DNA of 64,000 bases from an uncultured Acidimicrobiia bacterium (lineage in GTDB: Bacteria > Acidobacteriota > Terriglobia > Versatilivoradales > Versatilivoraceae). The stretch spans positions 512,001 through 576,000 of the forward strand of contig CAWBAT010000008.1 in assembly GCA_963786955.1 (NCBI GenBank), written 5' to 3'. The position numbers and the translations under genes were made by a program. Below, piece by piece: positions 9,104-19,203 of this stretch. The notes beneath the pieces are model-generated. The model did not search any database, was not told the origin of the DNA, and saw nothing but the letters and a program-made list of their open reading frames with translations. Numbering within the stretch: position 1 is the stretch's first letter; each line of letters begins with the position of its first letter.

Positions 9104-10435
9104 CTATTTCGACTTGTCGGATTCCCACACATGAAGTTGTGCCAGAATGCTCTTGCTGATTTTCGCCACGACGTGCTGCTGCGGGTCAACAATTTCCGCA
9201 ATGTCGTAGCGGATTCCCGTACCCAACACAATTGCGAGTTCAGCGGAGTTCAACTGGTAATCGCTTTCGAGCCATTTCATAAGTTCGGATGTAGCCAACT
9301 GCATTGCGTCGGTCAACGAGCCGCCTATTCCCATCGCCATCAGAAAATCATCGTTTTCCGCGCGAGGGGATTTGCTCGACTTGTCCGGCACGAGTTCCAC
9401 AGTGAACTCCACATCGAAAGAGGTTTCCAGCGCTGCCAGCTCACCGTCTCCCTCGGCAGCGTGTCCATCCCCAAAGAAGAGCAGAGCACCAGGATGGAAC
9501 ACAGGGAGGTATACCGTCGTACCCTCACGAAGCTGGTTGTAGTCTAAGTTTCCACCGAAGTCCCCCAATAAATGGGCAGACCACGATTGCTGGTCTCTAG
9601 GCGCCACACCAATGCATCCAAGAGTCGGATGCAAAGGGACGACGTAGTCCTTAAGGGCTGGCGTCGGGTTGGCTAATTTAGCCACATTATGTTCCCGGTC
9701 GAGATTCCAATGGCTATCAAAATTCTCAATCGATCTGATCTGTGAGATGTAATCGGGAGCAACCACTGCGGGATTAATCTTGTGGCCGCTTATGGCCGAA
9801 TCACGGTTGAGCCGAATACGGGAGAAATGAACAACTAGAGTGTCACCCGGCAATGCGCCTTCCACATAAAACGGTCCAGTCAGCGGATTGCCCTCATTTC
9901 CTCGCCGCACCAGGTTCTCGTCGAGCCCCAGTGCATCGATGGTTTTCGTTCGGACAGTATCCCCCGGAAAAATTCGCAACGCTGGGGGAAAAGCATAAGA
10001 AAAGGCGAGGTAATAGTTGTGAGGTTGGAAGTCATGAGTGTGCGACGCCCCAGGGGGGCGGGCACTTGGACGCCGTGCGGTCCATTTACTTTCCCCGCCA
10101 GCAACTCTTCCTTCGCCAGCCATTTCTCCGTGTTGCAGTCTCCCTGCGAACTCTCCATAAACTTCTCCATTCGGGCGCCGAACCTGGAACTCCACTGTCT
10201 TGTCGTTGAAACTTCCCTTAACACTCATGCCGCCGGTATGGCCGACGATACGGTCCCCCGTAAGGTCAAGCCTTAAGCGGCAAACATTCTCTACTCCAAA
10301 AGTCACAACCGTCATTTCCCACACACCAGCAATTTCATTGGTCTGTGGCGTTTGGGTGGACTGGCCAGCGTTAACGACTGGATTTCCGCTTGAACACAAG
10401 GCAGCCAATGCGATGGTGCTAGTAAAACGCTTCAT
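9104..10435 (-). CDS. Acetamidase/formamidase (FmdA/AmdA) family protein with signal peptide and extra N-terminal domain
   Basis: NPLTGPFYVEGA.PGD, GGNLD, GALLFFGDGHAAEGDGE motifs. Confidence 0.85.
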   Translation of the reverse strand: MKRFTSTIALAALCSSGNPVVNAGQSTQTPQTNEIAGVWEMTVVTFGVENVCRLRLDLTGDRIVGHTGGMSVKGSFNDKTVEFQVRRPNGEVYGEFAGRLQHGEMAGEGRVAGGESKWTARRPSARPPGASHTHDFQPHNYYLAFSYAFPPALRIFPGDTVRTKTIDALGLDENLVRRGNEGNPLTGPFYVEGALPGDTLVVHFSRIRLNRDSAISGHKINPAVVAPDYISQIRSIENFDSHWNLDREHNVAKLANPTPALKDYVVPLHPTLGCIGVAPRDQQSWSAHLLGDFGGNLDYNQLREGTTVYLPVFHPGALLFFGDGHAAEGDGELAALETSFDVEFTVELVPDKSSKSPRAENDDFLMAMGIGGSLTDAMQLATSELMKWLESDYQLNSAELAIVLGTGIRYDIAEIVDPQQHVVAKISKSILAQLHVWESDKSK

Positions 10436-10631
10436 GTTTATTTCACCTCATAGAAGATTGCGGTTGTTTCCAGACCTATTTCTGTTTAAGACAAAGGGAA
10501 CTAAATTGTCAAGTTTGAACGCTCCTTTTACAATGCCATTGGTCTCATCTGTTCGTCCTCGCAAGTTCCCTAGGCTGAAATAATAGAACCTATTGGGTGG
10601 GGGAATAATCTCGCGAACGATTTAGACAGCT

Positions 10632-10700
10632 GGATTCATTTTTGAAGTATATATAGAGTCTATTGGTCGTCAATGGCATTCTTACTTCTAAGATGAAACA
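10632..10700. promoter_or_regulatory. Two copies of a putative 18-bp palindromic operator (TACTTCA-N4-TGAAGTA consensus)
   Basis: GGATTCA-TTTT-TGAAGTA (10632-10649) and TACTTCT-AAGA-TGAAACA (10683-10700). Similar sites occur at 22230 and 47001. Confidence 0.45.
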
Positions 10701-10705
10701 AATAC

Positions 10706-10738
10706 TTGACACAAATCCTCTAGGAAGATATATATAAT
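10706..10738 (+). promoter_or_regulatory. Putative sigma70 promoter for the dehydratase-lactonase operon
   Basis: TTGACA at 10706, then 17 nt, then TATATA(TAAT), in an AT-rich divergent intergenic region. Confidence 0.55.
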
Positions 10739-10887
10739 TTCAACTTTATCTCTTTGCTTTTGTTTGATTGAAAATGGCTGATATCGATCCTCTTGATAAG
10801 GAATTGACCTTTAGAGGTGGCGCCAAGATTGTGTCATAAGGATTTAATCAGAACAGTGTCGGCTGTAAGGCATTCCAAGGGGGGGGC

Positions 10888-12612
10888 ATGACAAAGGTCT
10901 TGCGTAGTTCTCGCTGGTTCGCTCGGAACGATGAAAATGCCCTCAAGAGCCGGGCGGCGTTGCGGTGTGAAGGATTTACTTCGCGAGCCTTTGAGGGCAG
11001 GCCTGTAGTGGGTATCTGCAATTCGTGGAGTGAATTCAATAATTGTAATGCTCACCTGCGTGCGGTTGCAGAGGCCGTAAAGCGGGGAGTGTGGGCGGCA
11101 GGCGGGTTCCCACTGGAGTTTATGACGATATCGCTGGGCGAAGAGCTCATGATGCCCACGGCCATGCTCTATCGAAACCTAATGGCTATGGATATAGAGG
11201 AAATGATTCGTTCGAACCCAATGGACGGCGTCGTTCTGCTTTGCGGCTGCGACAAAACCACTCCTGCCCAACTCATGGGGGCGGCAAGCATGGATATTCC
11301 CGCGATCATGATTCCAGGGGGGCCTATGCTTAGTGGCATGTGGAGGAATCAACCTCTGGGATCTGGGACTGACCTTTGGAAGTACTGGGATGAACGGCGT
11401 GCCGGCCGTATGAGTGATACGGAGTGGCAAGAATTTGAGGGCGCCATGGCGCGTGGTCCCGGGCACTGTAATACGATGGGCACCGCAAGTACGATGACGA
11501 GCTTGGCCGAGGCTTTGGGGATGACCCTTCCAGGTTGCGCCAACATTCCCGCCGTCGATTCGCAACGCTATGCTATTGCTGAGACAAGTGGGCGCCGAAT
11601 TGTGGAGCTGATAAAAGAGGACATTCGACCATCGCGCGTCATGACCTCCGCAGCAATTGAGAATGCCATTTGCGTCGCTGCGGCGATAGGAGGATCCACA
11701 AACGCGGTGATCCATCTTATCGCGATCGCAGGACGATTAGGCATAACTTTGTCGCTCGAGAAATTCGACGCAATTTCTCGCACAACACCTGTCATTGCCA
11801 GCGTTCAACCGTCGGGGAAATACCTGATGGACCAATTCTACCATGCAGGGGGCCTCCCCGCTTTGATGCGGGAGATCCTGCCGCTTTTGCACGGGGACCA
11901 GCTCACCGTCAATGGCCGAACGATCGCTGAAAATGTGGAATGCGCGCAGTGCTATGACCGTGACGTGATTCGTCAGCTTGATAACCCCGTGCACCCGAAA
12001 GGTTCGCTTGCTGTGCTTTATGGCAACCTCGCCCCGAACGGTGCGGTCATCAAGACGTCAGCGGCTTCCAAGCACCTCCTTCAGCACACCGGCCCTGCCC
12101 TGGTCTTTGAAAACTACGAGGAAATGACCGAGCGAATCGATGATCCTTGCCTGAATGTCAATGAGAAGAATGTGCTTTTGCTGAAAAATGCGGGTCCTGT
12201 CGGCGGACCGGGGATGCCCGAGTGGGGCCAAATTCCAATACCTGCCCAGCTTCTAAAGCGCGGGGTCGTGGACATGGTCCGGATCAGCGACTCACGAATG
12301 AGTGGGACTAGCTATGGTACGGTTATTCTTCACGTCGCGCCTGAGTCCGCCGTGGGTGGCCCCCTCGCGATCGTGCAAAACGGGGATCTGATTCAATTAG
12401 ATGTTGAAAATCGGCGCTTGGACCTGTTGATTCCGAAAGAGGAATTTCAGCGCAGAATGAGTGCCTGGCTTCCTTCTCCGCGGAAATACAGGCGGGGCTA
12501 TTACACCCTGTTCTTAGATCACGTTCTTCAAGCGGATAAGGGATGCGACTTTGATTTTCTTCCTGCTGAGCCGGGCGAAGAACCCTACGAACCCATGATT
12601 GGCCGCACGTGA
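10888..12612 (+). CDS. IlvD/Edd family sugar-acid dehydratase (L-arabonate/D-xylonate dehydratase-like)
   Basis: CN.H, GCDKT, GHCNTMGTAST, GGSTNA, GPGMPE, SD.RMSGTSYG, QAD.GCDFDFL motifs. Confidence 0.9.
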   Translation: MTKVLRSSRWFARNDENALKSRAALRCEGFTSRAFEGRPVVGICNSWSEFNNCNAHLRAVAEAVKRGVWAAGGFPLEFMTISLGEELMMPTAMLYRNLMAMDIEEMIRSNPMDGVVLLCGCDKTTPAQLMGAASMDIPAIMIPGGPMLSGMWRNQPLGSGTDLWKYWDERRAGRMSDTEWQEFEGAMARGPGHCNTMGTASTMTSLAEALGMTLPGCANIPAVDSQRYAIAETSGRRIVELIKEDIRPSRVMTSAAIENAICVAAAIGGSTNAVIHLIAIAGRLGITLSLEKFDAISRTTPVIASVQPSGKYLMDQFYHAGGLPALMREILPLLHGDQLTVNGRTIAENVECAQCYDRDVIRQLDNPVHPKGSLAVLYGNLAPNGAVIKTSAASKHLLQHTGPALVFENYEEMTERIDDPCLNVNEKNVLLLKNAGPVGGPGMPEWGQIPIPAQLLKRGVVDMVRISDSRMSGTSYGTVILHVAPESAVGGPLAIVQNGDLIQLDVENRRLDLLIPKEEFQRRMSAWLPSPRKYRRGYYTLFLDHVLQADKGCDFDFLPAEPGEEPYEPMIGRT

Positions 12613-12742
12613 TGCCATCTACCAAGTTGCAAGCAAATGGATACATAAGGGCGAGCTAGCTTCTCTAGCGGGGGCGAACCGGAACAAGTACCCTTGGCGG
12701 AAGGGAAGGAAGGCGTCAACCTTCAGGAGTAAGTCCTTCCCG

Positions 12743-12843
12743 TTTGCAGCAGTGCTATTTGTCATTGGTCAATTTCCGTTTACCATCTTTCATTTAATCT
12801 TCTCAATGGAAAATGAGAAATGAACAGTGAACAATGACAAATA
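12743..12843. repeat. Heptamer-periodic (AATGANA-like) imperfect hairpin repeat element
   Basis: TATTTGTCATTG (12756) / CAATGACAAATA (12832) inverted arms. 12743-12809 recurs inverted at 36559-36625. Confidence 0.75.
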
Positions 12844-12886
12844 AGTCTCCTTTGGAAGACCTCGTGCTCTCGGAGGAGCGCTGACC

Positions 12887-13789
12887 ATGGGTGAAATCGA
12901 GATTGCAGCTGACTTCGGCGACCTCGTCGGCGAAGGACCGGTTTGGGATGCCGACACCGGGGTTCTGTATTGGACGGACCTGGTCGGCCACAAGTTCTGC
13001 CAGCTGACCTGGCTCTCGAAGAAGGCCCAGGTCTTGCGGAATGGAGTTGAAGTGACCGGATTTGCCTTAAACCGTACCGGTGGGTTTGTGGTTGCAAATA
13101 CTCATGGCATTTGGCTGTGGGATGGCGAAGGGAAGATGAGCCTGGTTGTGGCCGAGGTCGATGGCATGATTTGCCGGATGAATGATGCCACCGCCGATCC
13201 TATGGGACGTTTTCTGGCTGGCTCCTGCTTTTACGAGTCGAGCGGGGACTATACGCTTGGGTGCCTGATTTCGCTGAATACAGACGGCCTCGCCACGGTC
13301 ATTGACGAAGGCATTCACCTTTCGAACGGGCTAGGGTTTTCGCCCGATACGGCACAGCTTTATTATACGGATTCGGCGGCGCGGTGCATTTACCGATACG
13401 ATTACAACGCTCGGACAGGTCAGGTCCGTAATCGCTCTGTTCTCGTGCGTGTGCCTGATGATGAAGGCATACCTGATGGGCTTGCCGTGGATGCCGAGGG
13501 GTTTCTCTGGTCTGCCCAGTGGTACGGCAGTTGTGTGGTTCGATACGACCCTGATGGAAAAATCGAACGCCGAATTCCCACTCCGGCCAAACAAACTTCG
13601 TCGGTGGCATTTGGAGGACCGGATCTCACAGACCTGTTCATCACGTCCGCTGCTAGGACATATCCCTCGCCACTCATGCCTCCCGGATATGACCCTCACG
13701 CAGGTTTCATCGGAGGTCCGCTCTATCACCTGAACCTTGGCATTCAGGGGAAGTTGGCCTTCAAGGCAAACGTAAAGCTAACGAAGTGA
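12887..13789 (+). CDS. SMP-30/gluconolactonase family sugar lactonase
   Basis: GEGPVW, RMND, SNGLGFSPD, PDGLAVDAEG, AFGGPDL motifs. Confidence 0.92.
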   Translation: MGEIEIAADFGDLVGEGPVWDADTGVLYWTDLVGHKFCQLTWLSKKAQVLRNGVEVTGFALNRTGGFVVANTHGIWLWDGEGKMSLVVAEVDGMICRMNDATADPMGRFLAGSCFYESSGDYTLGCLISLNTDGLATVIDEGIHLSNGLGFSPDTAQLYYTDSAARCIYRYDYNARTGQVRNRSVLVRVPDDEGIPDGLAVDAEGFLWSAQWYGSCVVRYDPDGKIERRIPTPAKQTSSVAFGGPDLTDLFITSAARTYPSPLMPPGYDPHAGFIGGPLYHLNLGIQGKLAFKANVKLTK

Positions 13790-13819
13790 GGGATTGGAAC
13801 TCACGAGGTGGAGTCGCCA

Positions 13820-14536
13820 TTACAAATTTGGCGGTGGCTGCGAAGGCCATATTTCAATGCGGTTGACGAGTGCCCTGGCAGGAAGCTTGTAGAGATCGAT
13901 CACGACCTTGGCGATATCCTCGACGGCCAATTTCCAGGGCTCATACCCTCTGCTTTCCACCGAGACGCTCCCCGTAACAATCTCGCTGACGCGGATGCCA
14001 TCGTGGCGAAGATCTTTCATCATCGTCTCGCTGAATCCACTCAGTCCAGTCTTGGAAGCATTGTAAGCGCTCCCACCAGGGAATAGGACAACCACAGCCA
14101 CACTCGATATATTGAAAATGTATCCACCGCCTTGTTTGCGCATGAGCGGGATGGCTTCGTGGCTGCAGTAAAACACCCCAGAGAGGTTGGTCCCAATCGT
14201 GGTGTCCCACACTTCTGGAGTAATCTGATCAACGGGCTTATAGATGTGACCCACACCAGCGTTATTCACCAAAATGTCAAGACGACCAAATCTTTCTGCG
14301 GCTGCTCGGATTAGGTTGCGGCACACCTCATAGCCCCGGACATCTGCGACCATGCCGTCTATGCACTGCTTGCCGTCCTGCCCAAGCCGGTTGAGAGCCG
14401 TCTTTAATTGCCCTTGGTCGCGGCCACAGATGAAAACTTTTGCCCCTTCAGTCAGAAGTGCTTGGGCGATACCGTAGCCAATTCCTCTTGTACCTCCCGT
14501 GACGATGGCAACCTTGTCCTTCAGCTCCAAACTCAT
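13820..14536 (-). CDS. SDR family oxidoreductase
   Basis: TGGTRGIG, NNAG, YNASK. AGGAGG RBS before ATG 14536. Confidence 0.9.
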   Translation of the reverse strand: MSLELKDKVAIVTGGTRGIGYGIAQALLTEGAKVFICGRDQGQLKTALNRLGQDGKQCIDGMVADVRGYEVCRNLIRAAAERFGRLDILVNNAGVGHIYKPVDQITPEVWDTTIGTNLSGVFYCSHEAIPLMRKQGGGYIFNISSVAVVVLFPGGSAYNASKTGLSGFSETMMKDLRHDGIRVSEIVTGSVSVESRGYEPWKLAVEDIAKVVIDLYKLPARALVNRIEIWPSQPPPNL

Positions 14537-14608
14537 CTGGATTCCTCCTATGGCGCATCTGATTGCGCTCAAGAAACCCTTCCAGCTCCGAAAAACGACC
14601 TTAATTTC

Positions 14609-15856
14609 TTAATTTATAATCTGTCGTTGATTTGTCCGCTCTCGTAAGTACCATTCGAGAGCGATGATGGACATTCCCAAGCTAAATAGCGGCATCAACC
14701 AAATACTCGTTTCTATACCGAGACGCTTTCCCAAAAAGCCGACAACGTATGAACCTGTACCCCCGCCAATGTACCCGATTGCGGTCATCATGGAGAAGGC
14801 AGTTACAGCTTGGGCAGAGAAGCGCACGCCTGCGTAGGAACTGAGCGAAGGTGCATCTCCTGAACCGAAGATCCCAGCGACACCAAATGCGATCAGTCCC
14901 CATGAATAGCTTGGGGAAACAATGGCCACGACATAGCCCACCGTTTCCACGGCGGCGCAAGTGGCCAGGACCACGAGCTCAGGGATCCGCCAATGCGACG
15001 TAATCCAACTCAGTAATAACCGCCCTGATAAGAATCCTCCGGTAAGGGCGCTGAGAAAGTAAGCCGCGTGAGCGGCGTCAATTCCCAGCTTCTTCTGATA
15101 CAACTGTCCCACAAAGAAGACCATACCTCCGTTGCTGATTCCATGGAGAACATTAAGTGCGCCTAGGCAATACATCGCAGGGTTTCGTAAGAGATGTTGG
15201 ATCTCTGAAAGGCCTCTGGGCGTGGGGAGTGCCTTCGCACCTTTTCCGGAGTGAGCCCCGACTCGAAGCCCTAACGGCAAGGGAATCATGAATATGATGA
15301 CGATAGCAGTCAGGTAATAAGCTGAGCGCCAGCTCCCCCCGAGGCGTTCCGAATGAATCAACCACCAGCCAATGGCAGCAGGGACGACAACGCCGCCAGC
15401 AGAACCGATCAACCACTGAAGCGAAAAGAGGCTCTGGCGTATCCGGCTATAATCCTCGGTAACGATGGTGCTGATGATCACCACGATGGATAGATTACCC
15501 AGCCCTAAGCAAAATGCTCCTACGAGTATGACTGAAAAGCCCTGGGCGCTGCCAATCACGATGAGCGCTCCTGCAATCAGCGCTAGTGTTGATGCAAGAG
15601 CGCGCCTTTGTCCCAAACGTCCGACGATTTCTCCGCCCACCATGCTAAATAGAAGCGCGCTCATATAATAAAGAAGCGCGATGCGGCCTAACTGTTCCAA
15701 GTTTGAGCTGAAGACGTGCTTGAAAATGGGGAAGGTTGCAGGGATAAATGTGAGAAGTCCTCCTGATGCGAAAGAAAGAGCCAGCACCAGCCCGATCACA
15801 GGATCTTTCCAGAGAGGGCCAGCTTTTAAAGGCAAGGTTGTCTTTCCGGGAATCAT
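14609..15856 (-). CDS. MFS transporter (paralogue of 34136-35371)
   Basis: 12-TM pattern. Shares PA.FPIFK, SWR..YY, FVGQLYQ.KL.IDAAHAA and W..PEL with the second copy. Confidence 0.85.
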   Translation of the reverse strand: MIPGKTTLPLKAGPLWKDPVIGLVLALSFASGGLLTFIPATFPIFKHVFSSNLEQLGRIALLYYMSALLFSMVGGEIVGRLGQRRALASTLALIAGALIVIGSAQGFSVILVGAFCLGLGNLSIVVIISTIVTEDYSRIRQSLFSLQWLIGSAGGVVVPAAIGWWLIHSERLGGSWRSAYYLTAIVIIFMIPLPLGLRVGAHSGKGAKALPTPRGLSEIQHLLRNPAMYCLGALNVLHGISNGGMVFFVGQLYQKKLGIDAAHAAYFLSALTGGFLSGRLLLSWITSHWRIPELVVLATCAAVETVGYVVAIVSPSYSWGLIAFGVAGIFGSGDAPSLSSYAGVRFSAQAVTAFSMMTAIGYIGGGTGSYVVGFLGKRLGIETSIWLMPLFSLGMSIIALEWYLRERTNQRQIIN

Positions 15857-15899
15857 CGATTCACATCCGCGCTGTGTGCGACACTGTGGGCATTAGGCA

Positions 15900-16868
15900 T
15901 TACTTGAATGAGATCGGTTCAGTCCCGGCCGCCCGTGCAAATAAATGCTGTTTCTCCTCTTCGCTTAAGGGTCCGAATCGCTGTGCCACGTCCATGGCGA
16001 GACGGAAATAGCGCTCCTCGCCAGGAGGCACCGCGGCCGTGATCGGTTGTGACAAGGTCCAACGCAACGCCAGGGAAGCTTCTTCCGGAAAAACGCACGG
16101 CTCATACCAACAATTGGGATAGGGGCGCGCTTCCAGTTTCAGGGATTCAGGCCACTTGGTCATGGCCATTGCTTTTAGCGCGAGAATTCCCACCCCTTTT
16201 TCCTGTGCTCGGGCGAGCACCTGAGGCCCGAAGTTGGCCTGCGAGAAAAGAACAAAGTTGATAGGAAATAGAATACTGTCAAAGTCGAACCGGTCTAACG
16301 CAGCAAGCGCTGTTTCAACTGAATGCGCGGAAAAACCGATGAACCGGATTTTCCCCGCACGACGCGCTGCACTGAAGGTCTCCATCGCTCCACTCGGACC
16401 CAAAACCTTTTCGAGTTCATCTAGTTTGGTCAGTGCGTGAAATTGATAAAGATCCAGATGGTCGGTGCGGAGGAGGCGGAGAGACTCCTCAAGATGCGCA
16501 GCCGAGCCTTCTTTGTCCCGTTTATCCGTTTTACACGCAAGAAAGACGCGCTGCCTATAGGGCTCGAGTGCGGGTCCCAGACGTTCCTGAGCGTTGCCGT
16601 AGGTGGGAGCGACGTCGAAGTAGTTGATGCCTCGATCGTATGCTTCGGCGACGAGATCGTTGGCAAAAGACTGTTCGACACCCCTCACGGCGACTCCTGC
16701 GAAGCCGATGATGGAAAGCTCCTCTCCGGTCTTGCCGAGCGGACGCCTGGAAAGCGGAGCCAGTCCAATAGTCGCGCCCAGGGTATTGGGTTGCGGCTCG
16801 ACAGCCTTGTTCGAACCCAAAGGGGCAGTGACCGCTGCTTTTTTCATGAATGGATCTCGATGCTTCAT
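15900..16868 (-). CDS. Aldo/keto reductase (close paralogue of 7638-8609, degenerate Tat signal)
   Basis: Long identical blocks with 7638-8609 (e.g. VAEAYDRGINYFDVAPTYGNAQERLGPAL). N-terminus MKHRDPFMKK lacks RR. Confidence 0.9.
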   Translation of the reverse strand: MKHRDPFMKKAAVTAPLGSNKAVEPQPNTLGATIGLAPLSRRPLGKTGEELSIIGFAGVAVRGVEQSFANDLVAEAYDRGINYFDVAPTYGNAQERLGPALEPYRQRVFLACKTDKRDKEGSAAHLEESLRLLRTDHLDLYQFHALTKLDELEKVLGPSGAMETFSAARRAGKIRFIGFSAHSVETALAALDRFDFDSILFPINFVLFSQANFGPQVLARAQEKGVGILALKAMAMTKWPESLKLEARPYPNCWYEPCVFPEEASLALRWTLSQPITAAVPPGEERYFRLAMDVAQRFGPLSEEEKQHLFARAAGTEPISFK

Positions 16869-17042
16869 CTTTCTCCTCCGGTTAAGGTTCTTTTCATGTC
16901 AATAACTTTTAGGCTTGAGGCAGCTCTAGCGTTCTTTCTCTCTGCACTTTGCAAAAAATCACCTTGGAGAAGGGGACATCAGCCGGGACAGCATTTCTTG
17001 CTAGCAATGGACGCCGACAGAAATGAGCGCGGCCGACTTCAT

Positions 17043-17864
17043 TCAGTAAACCTGTTTGAGCACCGATTCGTCCCGCCACTGTTTGAAGTGCTTCCTCAAC
17101 TCGAAAGCTTTTTGAGATAGACAGCTACAATTTTGCGCGAGCACTTCGAAGATGCGATTCGCAATGACTCGATGGCCGAGATTGTTGGCGTGCACCCCAT
17201 CAGAATCGATCATCCAGGTCGCCATGCCCTCCGCTGCAAATACGTCGGCATACAATGCGTCGCATTCTTCCGCGAGCTGCTTCAAGCCACAGTTATAGCC
17301 CATAAATGTGGCGATGTTGGCATTGTTGAGGTTGTACGCCTCATATAAATCAAAGCCTGTCATGAAGTAGGCGTTTACGATCACGATCAGGGCTCCAGTT
17401 TGATCTTTGATGTCCAAGATGATATGTCGAAGGTCTTCAAGGAACTGCGCCAGCGGAGTTCCTCCCCGCGCATCGTTGAGACCGAAGGAAACCAGGACCA
17501 AGTCAGGGTGGTGATCGATAACGTGTCTCTTGTACCGTTCCATCGCGCTGGGCTTGCCTGATTGATCGTACTGCGGACTTCGTGGGGAGACGCAATTTGC
17601 TCCGATCCCGCTATTGATCATCGTGACCGGCTCCAATTGTGACTCGTCAATCAAATTCGCCAGGCGGCTTACCCATGTCAATTCCCGGCTGGTCGCCGTG
17701 CCTCCAGCCGTGGTGCTTTCCCCCAACGCGACCGAGACGCAAAACGGCTTGCTATAGTAGTCTCGCTTCCGAGGTTGCGCCGATGGATCATTCGATTTGG
17801 CGGTCGGAGGGGAACTGAGCTCTGCGCCTCGGCGCGGATGCTTTGTCGGTGTAGTCTTTTTCAT
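17043..17864 (-). CDS. SGNH/GDSL hydrolase family protein (paralogue 1)
   Basis: VALGESTT, NSGIG, FGLND, DGVH blocks. Confidence 0.85.
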   Translation of the reverse strand: MKKTTPTKHPRRGAELSSPPTAKSNDPSAQPRKRDYYSKPFCVSVALGESTTAGGTATSRELTWVSRLANLIDESQLEPVTMINSGIGANCVSPRSPQYDQSGKPSAMERYKRHVIDHHPDLVLVSFGLNDARGGTPLAQFLEDLRHIILDIKDQTGALIVIVNAYFMTGFDLYEAYNLNNANIATFMGYNCGLKQLAEECDALYADVFAAEGMATWMIDSDGVHANNLGHRVIANRIFEVLAQNCSCLSQKAFELRKHFKQWRDESVLKQVY

Positions 17865-18117
17865 AGGGTTGTTGCGGTATTCCTCAATGGGGTGAACATC
17901 CTGATGTATTGGAGACGAGCGAGTTGAAATATCTTTGAGTCGATTGCAATTGTCCGGCAAGAAGAAGTATTAAGCAGCCGCCGCGCGAAAGACCACCTCC
18001 GTAATCGGGTGGCGCACATAACGCTTTTGGGGATGTCTGCGTTCTGGTTCGCACACATGGAAGACAGCGCCACGTGTGCGCCACCCAGGAGGTCTCATAA
18101 GACTTAACACTGTAATA

Positions 18118-19203
18118 CTAGTAGCGCTCGGCGTCGTTCTTCGGTGCCCTGGGATTTACAGGGAAGCTCTCGGAGTTGATCCTTGTCCCGCCGTAGCCGA
18201 ACACCCCGATGTTGGCGAGGGCCTCGGCCGGCCAATTGAGTGTTGGCCGCGAAGCCTCGTCAAGCGCCGCGAGGTGTTCCGGCCGCAGTTGCAGGTCGAG
18301 TGCCCCTATGTTTTCCTCGAGCTGTGACACCGTGGTTGCTCCCATGATCACTGAACGGACGCCGGGTCGCGAGCGCACCCAGGCATGCGCAACTTGGGGT
18401 ACCGTGGCGCCGAGTTGGCCCGCCACATCAATGAGGATGTCAATCACGCCCAAGGCCTGCTCGTTGAGAGCTTTCCCGAGCGATGCGCCGCGACGAGGCT
18501 GGGCCTGGGCAGCGTTTGCGCGCGTGAACTTGCCGCTCAAGAGTCCAGCTTTCAGTGGCGCGAATGGGGTGACGCCCAAACCGAGTTCACGCGCCATCGG
18601 AATCAACTCGCCCTCGACGGTGCGCTCCAGCAGCGAGTACTCGATCTGCAGCGCAATGAGCGGCGTCCATCCTCGAAGACAAGCCGTTACATGCGCCTCG
18701 GCGACCTTCCATGCAGGTGTGTCGGAAAAACCAAGGTAACGAACCTTGCCTGCAGTGACGAGGTCGTCGAGCGTGCGCATCGTCTCTTCGACGGGCGTAA
18801 ACTTGTCCCAGCAGTGCAGCCAGTACAGATCGATATAGTCAGTCTGGAGACGCCGGAGCGAGTGCTCACAGGCGGCCATAATGGCCTTGCGACTGGCGCC
18901 GCCGTCGTTGGGATCACCTTGATACAGGTTGGCAAAGAACTTCGTGGCGATGACGACGCGGTCGCGGCGGGCCGGGTGACGGCCAATGTGATCGCCGATG
19001 ATATTCTCCGAGTGGCCGCGTGTGTACACGTTTGAGGTGTCGATGAAGTTGCCACCGTGCTCGAGGAATCGATCGAGGATCTGCTGCGAGGTCTCTACGT
19101 TCGAGCCAACCCCCCACTCTTCACCAAAAGTCATGCCGCCAAGGCAGAAAGGACTCACACGGAGCCCGGAACGACCGAGTGTGACAAAATCATTGAGGGG
19201 CAT
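18118..19203 (-). CDS. Aldo/keto reductase (aryl-alcohol dehydrogenase-like subfamily)
   Basis: LGRSGLRVS..CLG.MTFG, GGNFIDT, SLRRLQTDYIDLY, QIEYSLLER. Confidence 0.9.
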   Translation of the reverse strand: MPLNDFVTLGRSGLRVSPFCLGGMTFGEEWGVGSNVETSQQILDRFLEHGGNFIDTSNVYTRGHSENIIGDHIGRHPARRDRVVIATKFFANLYQGDPNDGGASRKAIMAACEHSLRRLQTDYIDLYWLHCWDKFTPVEETMRTLDDLVTAGKVRYLGFSDTPAWKVAEAHVTACLRGWTPLIALQIEYSLLERTVEGELIPMARELGLGVTPFAPLKAGLLSGKFTRANAAQAQPRRGASLGKALNEQALGVIDILIDVAGQLGATVPQVAHAWVRSRPGVRSVIMGATTVSQLEENIGALDLQLRPEHLAALDEASRPTLNWPAEALANIGVFGYGGTRINSESFPVNPRAPKNDAERY

